DNA from: an uncultured Gammaproteobacteria bacterium
Lineage (GTDB): Bacteria; Patescibacteriota; Patescibacteriia; UBA9934
Direction: 5' to 3'
NCBI GenBank assembly: GCA_964452565.1
Contig: CAYVLY010000001.1
Span: 579,053 to 643,052 of the forward strand
DNA length: 64,000 nucleotides
Part shown: one piece after another, positions 49,176-58,706 of the stretch
How positions within the stretch are numbered: the stretch's first letter is position 1
How the letters are laid out: each line of letters opens with the position of its first letter
Notes under the pieces: model-generated
Database searches by the model: none
What the model was told of the DNA's origin: nothing
The model's input: the letters and a program-made list of their open reading frames with translations, nothing else
Made by a program: the position numbers and the translations under genes

Positions 49176-49406
49176 ATGGAATACACACAGAAATCACTAG
49201 AGCAGTACTTTGAAGAGTTTGGCGTCAAAGATGCCGATGCAAAGGCAAAGCTCTTACCGCTCATCACAGACCTTATCTATGACCGCAATATGCATGTTGT
49301 GGGCCTAGAGAAGTTTAAAGATGACGAATACAAGCACAAACAACTTGAAGAGGGGATCGCTGACTTGGAGGACGTAATTAAGAGACAATTCGAAAGCGCC
49401 AATTAA
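49176..49406 (+). CDS. Small hypothetical protein
   Basis: 76-aa helical ORF after TATAAT, directly upstream of gpmI. Confidence 0.7.
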   Translation: MEYTQKSLEQYFEEFGVKDADAKAKLLPLITDLIYDRNMHVVGLEKFKDDEYKHKQLEEGIADLEDVIKRQFESAN

Positions 49407-49413
49407 CGCCAAT

Positions 49414-50982
49414 ATGAAACCAACAGCACTTATTATCTTGGACGGCTTTGGGATTGCCCCGCCTTCTGATCCAAACGCGATCTGGACTGCACAAACCCCA
49501 TTCATCGATTCATTGATCAACACTTACCCAACACACCTCTTGCATGCCTCTGGAATCGAAGTTGGACTACCAAAAGGTGAAGTAGGAAACTCAGAGGTTG
49601 GTCACATAACTATTGGATCTGGTGTTTTGCGCTATCAAAGCTTGCCGCGAATTGATAAGGCAATTGAAACCGGGGCCTTCTTTGATGATCTAAAGCTCGC
49701 AGCCGTAAAAGACCACCTCAAATTAACAAAAGGAAAGCTTCATGTCATCGGATTGATCGGAAATGGAGGCGTACACTCACACCAACGCCACCTTGAAACA
49801 CTTCTTGAATGGTCTCATAAAAACAAGCTTCACAAAGACACATTCATTCACGCCTTCTTGGATGGTCGAGACACGCAAAAGGATCTTGGAGCGCAGTTTA
49901 TGCAAGAGCTTGTTGAAACTTGCGGCAAGCAAAAGATTGCAGGAGTCGCCTCTGTGTGTGGTCGTAAGCTTGCAATGGACAGAAACAACAATTGGGATCG
50001 GATTGAGCGCGCTTACAACACAATCGCACTTGGATCTGCCGGTCTAGTTCATCAAAATCCAGTTGAAGCCATTCAATACGCATACACCCAAGAGCAATAT
50101 GACGAAGAGTTTGAGCCAGTTGTTATCACTGACAAAAAGGGAACTCCGATCGCAACTTTCGCCGACGGCGATGCAGTAATCTTCTTTAACTTCCGCGCAG
50201 ACCGCGCCCGGCAGCTCACCGAGGCAATGGTTAACCAAGCTTTTGATAAGTTCGAACGCGCGCTTGTGCCAAACATGCATGTTCTGACGTTTACAGAGTA
50301 TGAAAAAGACCTTCCGGTTAATGTTCTTTTCGAGCCAGAGCTGATCACAAACCCAATCGCCAAGGTTGTGTCCGACGCTGGACTCAAACAATTACACATT
50401 GCAGAGACAGAAAAGTATGCGCACGTGACTTTCTTCATGAACGGAATGATTGAAGAGCCTTTTCCGGGAGAAGATCGCGAGCTCATCCCATCGCCATCAG
50501 TCGCGAGTTATGATGAAAAGCCAGAAATGTCCGCTCCAGAACTAACTGCAAAGATCATTGAGTCACTCGATGCACAACAGCACCACTTCTACATCATAAA
50601 CTTTGCAAATCCAGACATGGTTGGTCACACCGGAAACCTAGGGGCGTCACGAAAGGCGGTTGAAGCAGCGGACAGTGCGCTAAAACAGGTAGTTGAGAAA
50701 ATCATAGAGCTTGGCGGGCAGGTATTCATAGTGGGGGATCACGGAAACGCTGAGGAGCTTCTTCATCCGGTGACCGGAAAAGTAGACAAGGAGCATAACA
50801 ACTACCCAGTGCCGTTTATCATGGTATCTGACGCGCTCAAAGACCAACGAAATACAGAGGTCACACACGAGAATCTACATTTGAAAGCACCGATCGGCAT
50901 CCTGGCGGACGTAGCACCAACTATCTTGCAGGCCGCAGAGCTCCCAATTCCTCCAGAGATGACAGGGACACCGCTAATCTGA
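49414..50982 (+). CDS. gpmI: 2,3-bisphosphoglycerate-independent phosphoglycerate mutase
   Basis: LIILDGFG, GNSEVGH, NFRADRARQL, ETEKYAHVTFF, DMVGHTG, DHGNAE. Confidence 0.97.
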   Translation: MKPTALIILDGFGIAPPSDPNAIWTAQTPFIDSLINTYPTHLLHASGIEVGLPKGEVGNSEVGHITIGSGVLRYQSLPRIDKAIETGAFFDDLKLAAVKDHLKLTKGKLHVIGLIGNGGVHSHQRHLETLLEWSHKNKLHKDTFIHAFLDGRDTQKDLGAQFMQELVETCGKQKIAGVASVCGRKLAMDRNNNWDRIERAYNTIALGSAGLVHQNPVEAIQYAYTQEQYDEEFEPVVITDKKGTPIATFADGDAVIFFNFRADRARQLTEAMVNQAFDKFERALVPNMHVLTFTEYEKDLPVNVLFEPELITNPIAKVVSDAGLKQLHIAETEKYAHVTFFMNGMIEEPFPGEDRELIPSPSVASYDEKPEMSAPELTAKIIESLDAQQHHFYIINFANPDMVGHTGNLGASRKAVEAADSALKQVVEKIIELGGQVFIVGDHGNAEELLHPVTGKVDKEHNNYPVPFIMVSDALKDQRNTEVTHENLHLKAPIGILADVAPTILQAAELPIPPEMTGTPLI

Positions 50983-50987
50983 TCAAT

Positions 50988-51254
50988 ATGAGCAGCTTCA
51001 AGCAGCAATTCAAAAAGAAAATGAAAAAGCAAAAGGCAAAGCAGCAAAGCATTGCCTCAGGAAAGGCTTCAAAGCAAGAAGCTCAAGCACACAATAGACA
51101 AATTGGCCTGGCAGGCTTTAGCATGGGTATCATATTTGCGATCGGCACCCTGGCAGGATTCATCATGACCGGCAGAATACTCATCGTGACCACCGCGATA
51201 GCGCTCGGCGGCATAGGGCTGGGGCTCTACATGCTCATTACCGGACGACAATAA
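50988..51254 (+). CDS. Small 2-TM membrane protein
   Basis: Basic N-terminus followed by two hydrophobic helices. Confidence 0.6.
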   Translation: MSSFKQQFKKKMKKQKAKQQSIASGKASKQEAQAHNRQIGLAGFSMGIIFAIGTLAGFIMTGRILIVTTAIALGGIGLGLYMLITGRQ

Positions 51255-51482
51255 AAAAACAAACAAAAGAACCGCCTCTAGGGCGGTTTTTAGTTACGCA
51301 ATTCAGGCACCTGCCTCCCCATACAGCTCAAGGCAACCCAACTTACATCTATATAACGGTGTTGTTGTAGGACCATCTACCACACCAATCTCTTGACTTT
51401 TCCCTTTTAATGCAGTATTTTTTGTTATTAAGAACCTCTTTTGTGCATTTTATTTCTACAAATTAGTTGCTAACTATAATAT

Positions 51483-52262
51483 ATGACCGAGCTTACAAGT
51501 ATTAAGTCATCGTTGGAAAACCTGCGCGTAAGCCAAAACGCAATCACATTTTTCCTTGCGAGCTATACGCTTGGACGTTCTTCAATAGGGCAAATAGCAA
51601 AAGCTACAAAGATGGACCGTTCATCCGCCTATGCTGCTTATCAGCAACTTCAGGAACTGGGACTCATGGACGAGGAAGAAAGGGGTAACCGAAAAGTTAT
51701 TTGGACACGTGAGCCAAAAGCAATCATTGCCAGGCTGCGAACAGAAATTCGACGTATGCGTCGACAGGTTGAGGCTATTGAAGAATCAATGCCAGAGCTC
51801 CTGGCTCAGTATGGAAGCCACGATGATCGTCCAGTACTTCAAGCCTTTACTGGCGTTGAAGGGCTTCACCAAATCATGGAGGACATTCTTTCAAACTCTG
51901 GTTTCGAGCTACTTCTAATGTCCAACTTTGAGGAAGAAGATCGTGTGTTTTCAAGAAAGGATCATGACGCTTTCATAAAGCGCCGCATTACACAAGACAT
52001 AAACCTTCGTCTGATAGCAACAGACTCCTCTAGGGCCCGTGACATTCAAGAGGCTGACAAATCAAGCAAACGAGAAACACGCATTGTTAAAGGCAATGCC
52101 CCGTTTAAAAATGAGACTTACATCTACGGCGACAAAATCGCGATGCTCTCCTTTAACGAAAGGACGGGAATCATTGGATTCATTGTGCGGTCGAAAGAGT
52201 TTGCAAATGCGCAGCGCTGGATGTTCGAACAAATCTGGCAGCAGATGACGGAAAATTCATAA
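51483..52262 (+). CDS. TrmB-family HTH transcriptional regulator
   Basis: IAKATKMDRSSAY HTH, FTGVEG, IYGDKIAMLS. Confidence 0.85.
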   Translation: MTELTSIKSSLENLRVSQNAITFFLASYTLGRSSIGQIAKATKMDRSSAYAAYQQLQELGLMDEEERGNRKVIWTREPKAIIARLRTEIRRMRRQVEAIEESMPELLAQYGSHDDRPVLQAFTGVEGLHQIMEDILSNSGFELLLMSNFEEEDRVFSRKDHDAFIKRRITQDINLRLIATDSSRARDIQEADKSSKRETRIVKGNAPFKNETYIYGDKIAMLSFNERTGIIGFIVRSKEFANAQRWMFEQIWQQMTENS

Positions 52263-52302
52263 AACTTGATGGCTATCGTTTGTCGCCATCAAGCACACCC
52301 AC

Positions 52303-53052
52303 ATGCAAATCATTGTTGGCGACATCGATACCGAATACAAAAATTCCGGCTCTGGGCCGGTCGTGTTATTGCTCCATGGTTGGGGCGGTGATGCGTTTTC
52401 TTTTAATCCTCTAGCAAGTGAGTTAAGGGGTAAACGACTCGTTTCACTTTCATTTCCAGGATTCGGCAGCAGTCAAAACCCACCTATTCCCTGGGGGGTG
52501 ACCGACTACGCACAGTTCCTTCAGGCTTTTCTTGAAAAGCTAAACATCTCTGAAATCGATACTGTCATCGCTCACTCATTTGGTGGAAGGGTAGCCATAA
52601 AGGCGATCGCAACAGAGCTATTGCTCCCAAAGAAACTCATACTCATCGGTGCCGCCGGAGTTTCTCAAAAAGCTTTTTCTCAACATTGCATGTCTGCTGT
52701 GATCAGACTTGGAAAAAAGCTAGTAGCCGCTATACCACTAACATCTATTCGGGGACGATTAAAAAACCTTGCAAGGCACAGGTTGGGAAGCGAGGACTAC
52801 CGCAGCGCTGGTGGCTTACAGGAAACGTTTGTAAAGGTTGTAAACGAGGATTTGGAAGGTGACGCAAGAAATATCAAAACTCCGTCGCTCCTGATTTGGG
52901 GAGATCAAGATGAACAAGTACCTCTTTCTGACGCAAGAATGCTTCAAGGCCATATTCAAAATTCCCAGCTGCAAATCATTAAAGATGGTGGCCATTTTGT
53001 ATTTGCAACTGACACCAAACGCGTGGCCGGTCTTATAAACGCTTTTATATGA
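52303..53052 (+). CDS. Alpha/beta hydrolase
   Basis: LLHGWG, AHSFGG nucleophile elbow, WGDQD, GGHF. Confidence 0.9.
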   Translation: MQIIVGDIDTEYKNSGSGPVVLLLHGWGGDAFSFNPLASELRGKRLVSLSFPGFGSSQNPPIPWGVTDYAQFLQAFLEKLNISEIDTVIAHSFGGRVAIKAIATELLLPKKLILIGAAGVSQKAFSQHCMSAVIRLGKKLVAAIPLTSIRGRLKNLARHRLGSEDYRSAGGLQETFVKVVNEDLEGDARNIKTPSLLIWGDQDEQVPLSDARMLQGHIQNSQLQIIKDGGHFVFATDTKRVAGLINAFI

Positions 53053-54479
53053 TGATGCGGATTCTCTCAACATTTCATCCTAGATACGCTCGCTCTCTGA
53101 TATACATGCTTCAAGCTAGTGAGTACAAAGTGCAGGGCTACTTGGCATGGCTCCATAAGGTCAAAGATTTTCGTGCCGTAGAAAGGCGCAAGCAGATAAG
53201 GTGGTCTGTAAAAACTGTCGCGCTTCTTCTTATTAGCTGGGTGCTTTTGATCGGTATTGCACTATCTGGCCTTTGGATCATATTTGCCACCAGCCAACCC
53301 TACCTGCACGTACTAGGCATGGCGATTGTACTTCTTTCACCCGCACTGCTCAGCTATATCGTCCTTGCGCCTCTGATGATTATTCAGTTACTTATACAAA
53401 AGCCTGTCGAATCTGTAATCATTCATCTGGCAAAGAAAAAACTCTCCAGACATAGTGGGATCAAAATCACCATTGCTGGAAGTTTTGGCAAGACCTCAAT
53501 GCGAGAGATTTTGAGAACAGTTCTATCGGAAGACAACAAGGTCGCGGCCCCACCGCACAGCTACAACACACCACTGGGCATTAGCAAATTCATCAATACG
53601 CTCCAAGGAGACGAAGAAGTGCTAATCTTTGAACTTGGAGAATACCGCCCCGGCGATGTTAAACAGCTATGTAAAATGATCTGTCCTGATATTGGGGTAA
53701 TCACGGGCATAAACGAAGCACATCTTACAAAATTCAAGACAATTGAAAGAACGGTGAGGGCCATCTACGAACTTGCCGACTTCCTTGCTGATAAACCTGT
53801 ATACGTGAACGGCGAAAGCGCTTTGGCACGCGACAATGCACGCCCCGGTCACATGATATATAGCCGTGAAGGTATTAATGATTGGCGTATTGAGGATACG
53901 CGCTCCGGACTTTCTGGGACCTCTTTCATTATGGATAAAAGTGGCATACCAATGAAAATACATGCTTCGCTCTTAGGTCTGCATCAGGTGGGCCCCATCG
54001 CCCTCTCTGTTGACCTTGCAAGAAGCCTGGGATTAACACCCGGCCAAATCCGTGAGGGAACATCAAAGATAAAACCATTCGAACATCGCCTAGCAAAAAG
54101 CGTTGATATAAACGGCGTCTCGATACTCGACGATAGCTATAACGGAAATCCAGATGGCGTGAAAGCGGTTATTGCATTCTTGGCATCGTTAAAAGGGCGG
54201 CGATTCTATGTAACACCGGGCCTGGTCGAGATGGGCTACAAGACGAAAGAGATACATCGTGAAATCGGAAGAAAGTTGGCAAGAGCACGAATTGAGAAAG
54301 TGGTGCTCATTAAGAACTCTGTTACTCCATTCATAGAAGAGGGATTGCGCGATGGGGAGTACAGCGGAGAGATTATATGGTTCGAAGATGCCCCAAAGGC
54401 TTTTGCTGCATTACCACGTATGACAATCAAGGGCGACATTGTGCTCTTGCAAAACGACTGGCCAGATCAATATATCTAA
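53049..54479 (+). CDS. murF: UDP-MurNAc-tripeptide--D-Ala-D-Ala ligase with N-terminal TM helices
   Basis: AGSFGKTS, SYNTPLG, FELG, DDSYNGNP, TPGLVEMG; adjacent to ddl. Confidence 0.85.
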   Translation: MMMRILSTFHPRYARSLIYMLQASEYKVQGYLAWLHKVKDFRAVERRKQIRWSVKTVALLLISWVLLIGIALSGLWIIFATSQPYLHVLGMAIVLLSPALLSYIVLAPLMIIQLLIQKPVESVIIHLAKKKLSRHSGIKITIAGSFGKTSMREILRTVLSEDNKVAAPPHSYNTPLGISKFINTLQGDEEVLIFELGEYRPGDVKQLCKMICPDIGVITGINEAHLTKFKTIERTVRAIYELADFLADKPVYVNGESALARDNARPGHMIYSREGINDWRIEDTRSGLSGTSFIMDKSGIPMKIHASLLGLHQVGPIALSVDLARSLGLTPGQIREGTSKIKPFEHRLAKSVDINGVSILDDSYNGNPDGVKAVIAFLASLKGRRFYVTPGLVEMGYKTKEIHREIGRKLARARIEKVVLIKNSVTPFIEEGLRDGEYSGEIIWFEDAPKAFAALPRMTIKGDIVLLQNDWPDQYI

Positions 54480-54490
54480 TGTCATTAATT

Positions 54491-55642
54491 ATGAAAAACA
54501 AAAAAACAATTGCAGTTATTTTTGGTGGAAAGAGTGCAGAGCACGACGTTTCGATCATCACCGCGCATACGCCAATAATTGATACGCTTCTGGTGTTAGA
54601 TGAGTACGAGGTGATTCCTATCTACATCAGCAAAGAAGGGCTTTGGTATTCGGACGGAGAGATGAACAGTCTTGAGTACTTCAGCAGGGGCGATATTCAG
54701 GATAAGTTAAAGAAACTGAAACCACTTAAGCTGTCACTTGGGAATGGATTATCAATAACCACTTCTGGCATGCTCGCAAAACAAATCGATATTGATTTAG
54801 TTTTTCCGGCCATGCACGGCACATATGGAGAGGACGGTAGCCTAATGGGCATACTACGCATGGCAAATGTGCCCTTTGTTGGATGTGACCTAGCAGCCTC
54901 TGCTGTTGCCATGGACAAGGTTTTAACAAAACAGATCGTGTCTGAAACTCAGCTGCCAATCGTGCGCTATGATTGGCTGGAACGAGATGAGTGGAAGAAA
55001 AGTAGGAAAAACTTTATTAAACGCGCCAACGCGCTGCAATGGCCACTTTTTGTTAAACCTGCACACCTCGGGTCTTCTATTGCAATTACAAAAGTTAAAA
55101 ATCAGACGGAACTAGAACGGGCACTCGAAGTTGCGTTTCACTATGACGATAAAGTACTTGTTGAGGAAAGTGTTGAGAACCTTATCGAGGTCACCCTTCC
55201 GATCATGGGAAACAATAACCTGACGAGCGCATCAATAGAACGCCCACTCAACAAAACAGAGTTTTTCAACTTCGAAGACAAATATCTGTCGGGGGACAAG
55301 AAGGGACTTGGTTCCGGGGTTAATAATTCTTACAGCGAGATTCCCGCAAGTATTTCTCCCGAGCTTTCCAAAGAAATCTTGGAACTGGGCAAAGAAGTGT
55401 ACACAATCATTGGATGCACCGGGATCGCTCGCGTGGACTTCCTGATCAATTCAAAAACAAACAAAGTGTTTGTAAATGAGGTAAATGCACTTCCCGGCAG
55501 TCTCTATCACCACAACTGGAAGGCTTCAGGCGTATCGAACATAGATCTCATACAAAAGCTAATCAATTTAGCCGAGGAGCGATTTGAAAGCGAACAAAAA
55601 ATAGTTCGGTCGTTTAAGTCTTCTTTGCTGCAAAATCTCTAA
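54491..55642 (+). CDS. ddl: D-alanine--D-alanine ligase
   Basis: FGGKSAEHDVS, HGTYGEDG, KPAHLGSS, ARVDF, NEVNALPG. Confidence 0.95.
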   Translation: MKNKKTIAVIFGGKSAEHDVSIITAHTPIIDTLLVLDEYEVIPIYISKEGLWYSDGEMNSLEYFSRGDIQDKLKKLKPLKLSLGNGLSITTSGMLAKQIDIDLVFPAMHGTYGEDGSLMGILRMANVPFVGCDLAASAVAMDKVLTKQIVSETQLPIVRYDWLERDEWKKSRKNFIKRANALQWPLFVKPAHLGSSIAITKVKNQTELERALEVAFHYDDKVLVEESVENLIEVTLPIMGNNNLTSASIERPLNKTEFFNFEDKYLSGDKKGLGSGVNNSYSEIPASISPELSKEILELGKEVYTIIGCTGIARVDFLINSKTNKVFVNEVNALPGSLYHHNWKASGVSNIDLIQKLINLAEERFESEQKIVRSFKSSLLQNL

Positions 55643-55701
55643 CGCCGAAGATTGGGTAGGAGAGAAAAACAAAAGAGCCGCCCATCCAGCAGCTCTTTTG
55701 T

Positions 55702-56487
55702 TTATACCTTTGCGTCGAGTTTGATACCTACAGGGCAGTGGTCCGAGCCATATACATCCATCATCACCATTGCATCTTTGATCTTTGACTCCAAGCGCTT
55801 CTCGGCCCAGAAGTAATCAATGCGCCAGCCCACATTTCGCTCACGAGCCCGGGTTATCACATCCCACCATGAGTAAACGTCTTTCTTATTCGGATACTTG
55901 AATCGAAATGTATCGATATAACCCTTATCTTCGAGTTTATCAAGCCATTTGCGCTCCATTGGTAAAAACCCAGATCGCTTTTCATTTGGCTTGGGGCGCG
56001 CAATGTCAATCTCTCGATGTGCGGTGTTTAAATCCCCACAGAGAATTACTGGCTTTTGCTTATTATACTTATCCATCAAGGCGTACATCTTTTTGTAAAA
56101 ATCGATCTTATATTTCAAACGTGCCATATCACGCCCACCATTTGGAAAATACACATTAAAAAGAAAGAAATCAGGATGCTCTGTCATGATTACGCGACCC
56201 TCCTCATCCAACATCTTGTTGCCAAAGTGCGAAATCTCCATCAAGGGCCTTTCTCGAAGGAATGTTGCAACACCGCTATAACCCTTGCGCTCGGCGCTAT
56301 TCCAAATCCCCATATACCCTTTTGGATGAAGGATCTCGTGCGCGAGTTGATCGACTTGAGCTTTGGTCTCTTGGATGCAGACAACCTCGGGCTTGGTTTT
56401 CTTAAGCCAATCCAAGAACCCCTTTTTAGCCGCCGCTCGTACGCCATTCACGTTCCAAGAAACTAATGTGTTGTATTTTTTTGGCAT
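55702..56487 (-). CDS. xth: Exodeoxyribonuclease III
   Basis: SWNVNG, QETK, YFPNG, GDLNTAH, GWRIDY, GSDHCP. Confidence 0.96.
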   Translation of the reverse strand: MPKKYNTLVSWNVNGVRAAAKKGFLDWLKKTKPEVVCIQETKAQVDQLAHEILHPKGYMGIWNSAERKGYSGVATFLRERPLMEISHFGNKMLDEEGRVIMTEHPDFFLFNVYFPNGGRDMARLKYKIDFYKKMYALMDKYNKQKPVILCGDLNTAHREIDIARPKPNEKRSGFLPMERKWLDKLEDKGYIDTFRFKYPNKKDVYSWWDVITRARERNVGWRIDYFWAEKRLESKIKDAMVMMDVYGSDHCPVGIKLDAKV

Positions 56488-56488
56488 A

Positions 56489-56917
56489 TTATAATCTGTC
56501 TTTATAATCTTCTAAGAAAAAACCAAGTTGGGAGTGTTGTGGCTCAGGCAGAGCATCTAGAGTAAACCAGCCGAGCTCCTCGATCTTGTGTGGCTCTCCG
56601 ATTTGCACCTTGTCTGGGTTGATCTGAACCTTAAAGTCCAATGCAATCCAGTGGGTCTGACCCCCGTCATGCTCACGATGAACGTCTCGATGCCCCAGGA
56701 ACTCAATGTCTATTACGTCTGTACAAAACTCTTCCATAATCTCACGGCGAATATTGTCATGGACCTTGCATCCAAACTTAAGCCCTCCACCACCAATATC
56801 CCACATCCCAAACTCGTCACGACATTGGTTTGATCGTTTATGCATAAGCACATTCCCCTTTCCGTCATGACAATAAAACACCGTTGTGACTCCTACATAA
56901 TCCACGCCTTTCTTCAT
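56489..56917 (-). CDS. NUDIX hydrolase
   Basis: GGG...IRREIMEE Nudix box. Confidence 0.88.
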   Translation of the reverse strand: MKKGVDYVGVTTVFYCHDGKGNVLMHKRSNQCRDEFGMWDIGGGGLKFGCKVHDNIRREIMEEFCTDVIDIEFLGHRDVHREHDGGQTHWIALDFKVQINPDKVQIGEPHKIEELGWFTLDALPEPQHSQLGFFLEDYKDRL

Positions 56918-57046
56918 ATATAAGTATTGTACTGTAAAACTGAAATGGCGCCCACAGGCATTGACTCTTTCTTAGTTTTGTGTCATTATTTGACGTTCCT
57001 GCAGGTTAGCAGGGCAAAAGCAGGGGCACAGCCCCGAAGGAGAGTC

Positions 57047-57478
57047 ATGTCTGGCATGACCACATGGCAGAAACGCGGCCTCGCCGAGGAGAACCCGGAC
57101 ACAACTGCATGCATCGTGTTCGTGACCCCCGAGGAAGCCGCGATCCTGCTGCTTGCAGATGGCGAGCGTCAGGGAATCGGCGTCGACAAGGTCAATCGCT
57201 ATGCGATGCAGACACTGCGCGAGCTCGAGCTGATCGAGAACATCGGTGCCCGTGCTGGCCGTACGGCCGTGCACCGGTTCACACCCAAGGCTGACACGTG
57301 GCTCCAGTTCCGCACGCGCGAATACGACGAGCAGTGGTTCGACATCGCTCAGGATGCTCCGCCCCGCAATGGCGAGTGGCGCCAAGAGCTCGAACAGATC
57401 GCTGGCCCGCGCGCCAAGCTGGCGCTCCAGAACTACGGCATGCAGCAGGCCGAGCTCCAGGCTCGCCGACGCAAGTAG
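57047..57478 (+). CDS. Hypothetical protein, possibly winged-helix (GC-rich cassette)
   Basis: TTGACT-17-CATTAT promoter from 56961, SD GAAGGAGA, ATG at 57047, terminator at ~57531-57568. Confidence 0.7.
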   Translation: MSGMTTWQKRGLAEENPDTTACIVFVTPEEAAILLLADGERQGIGVDKVNRYAMQTLRELELIENIGARAGRTAVHRFTPKADTWLQFRTREYDEQWFDIAQDAPPRNGEWRQELEQIAGPRAKLALQNYGMQQAELQARRRK

Positions 57479-57603
57479 CCATACCACAACAGCACGTGTG
57501 GCCCGGTCTCCTCGATCGCCTGCCACTCACCCGGCCGCAATCCCATGGATGCGGCTGGTTCTGTTTTATAACCAAAAAACCTCCCGAAAGGGAGACTTTT
57601 TGA

Positions 57604-57679
57604 TGGGGCGGCCAACGGGAATCGAACCCGTAATACTAGTACCACAAACTAGTGTGATAACCGTTTCACCATGGCCGCC
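57604..57679 (-). tRNA. tRNA-His(GTG)
   Basis: Encoded G-1, anticodon arm CTAGT-TTGTGGT-ACTAG, GTTCGATTC, C73 and CCA. Confidence 0.95.
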
Positions 57680-57737
57680 GTATTATTAATGAAATTCACT
57701 TATGGCCGTGCCAGCCATAGCTCATTCGAGCGTCGGC

Positions 57738-57814
57738 TGGTGCCCCAGGCAGGACTCGAACCTGCAACCTTGTGGTTAGAACCCACCTGCTCTATCCAGT
57801 TGAGCTACCAGGGC
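57738..57814 (-). tRNA. tRNA-Arg(TCT)
   Basis: GCCCTGGTAGCTCAACTGGATAGAGC...GTTCTAA...GTTCGAGTCC...ACCA. Confidence 0.95.
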
Positions 57815-57897
57815 AACATTGCGAAGAGAATATACACCATTTTCGAGAAAAAATCAAGGGGCAGGCCTATAACCCACCCCCACATCCTGTCTCAATT

Positions 57898-58656
57898 TTA
57901 TTTCTTCGTGTTCCCCATATCACCTAGCGCCTCAAATGCTCGCAAGATCTCAAGTGGCACAGCAAAGATAACTGTGTTTGATTGGTCTGATGAAAGGTCG
58001 TTGAGTGTATTCAATGTTCGCAAGTGAAGCGCACCTGTGGTTCGTGCAAGCGTCTCGGCTGCTATTTGAAGATTCTTAGACGCCTCAACCTCACCCTGCG
58101 CCTTTATCACTACTGATCGTCGCTCACGCTCTGCCTCAGCCTGCTTTCCGATAACGCGTTTCATCTCCTCAGGAAGCGTCACGTCCTTAAGTTCAACATT
58201 CTCGACCTTGATTCCCCAAGGGTCTGTGAGCTTATCAACGATCTCACGAATGCGAGCACTTGCCGACTCGCGCTCTGATAGCAGCTGATCAAGCTCAAGC
58301 TCTCCCACAACATTTCGCATTGTAGTCTGAGCAAGCTGACTCACAGCATAGCGGAAATCTTCAACTTCATTTACTGCCTTATCAGAATCTGACACTCGAT
58401 AATAGATAACTGCATTGATCCGTGCACTGATGTTATCCTTCGTGATCGCCTCCTGATCAGGCACATCAACTGCCTTCACACGAATATCGACCTTGCGCAT
58501 TGATTCAAAAATCGGAATCACAATGCGCCAACCTGGCTCACGCATTCCAATGTACTTACCAAGACGATATTTCACGCCAATATATCCCTGATTCACCTGC
58601 CGCACAGTCGCAACAACCAGAACAAGGATAATTATTATAACTGGACCAATCCACAT
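57898..58656 (-). CDS. SPFH/band 7 (stomatin-like) protein
   Basis: N-terminal TM, QEAITKDN, LAQTTMR, WGIKVENVELKD, QAEAERERR. Confidence 0.93.
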   Translation of the reverse strand: MWIGPVIIIILVLVVATVRQVNQGYIGVKYRLGKYIGMREPGWRIVIPIFESMRKVDIRVKAVDVPDQEAITKDNISARINAVIYYRVSDSDKAVNEVEDFRYAVSQLAQTTMRNVVGELELDQLLSERESASARIREIVDKLTDPWGIKVENVELKDVTLPEEMKRVIGKQAEAERERRSVVIKAQGEVEASKNLQIAAETLARTTGALHLRTLNTLNDLSSDQSNTVIFAVPLEILRAFEALGDMGNTKK

Positions 58657-58706
58657 ATGTTTTGAGGTTAAGAATACTTAAACCGTATTCTTATTTTAAA
58701 GGAGTG

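Noticed and set aside
54491-55642. Vancomycin-resistance D-Ala-D-Lac ligase
   Set aside because: The omega loop FFNFEDKY keeps the terminal Tyr typical of D-Ala-D-Ala ligases; no vanH, vanX or vanRS nearby
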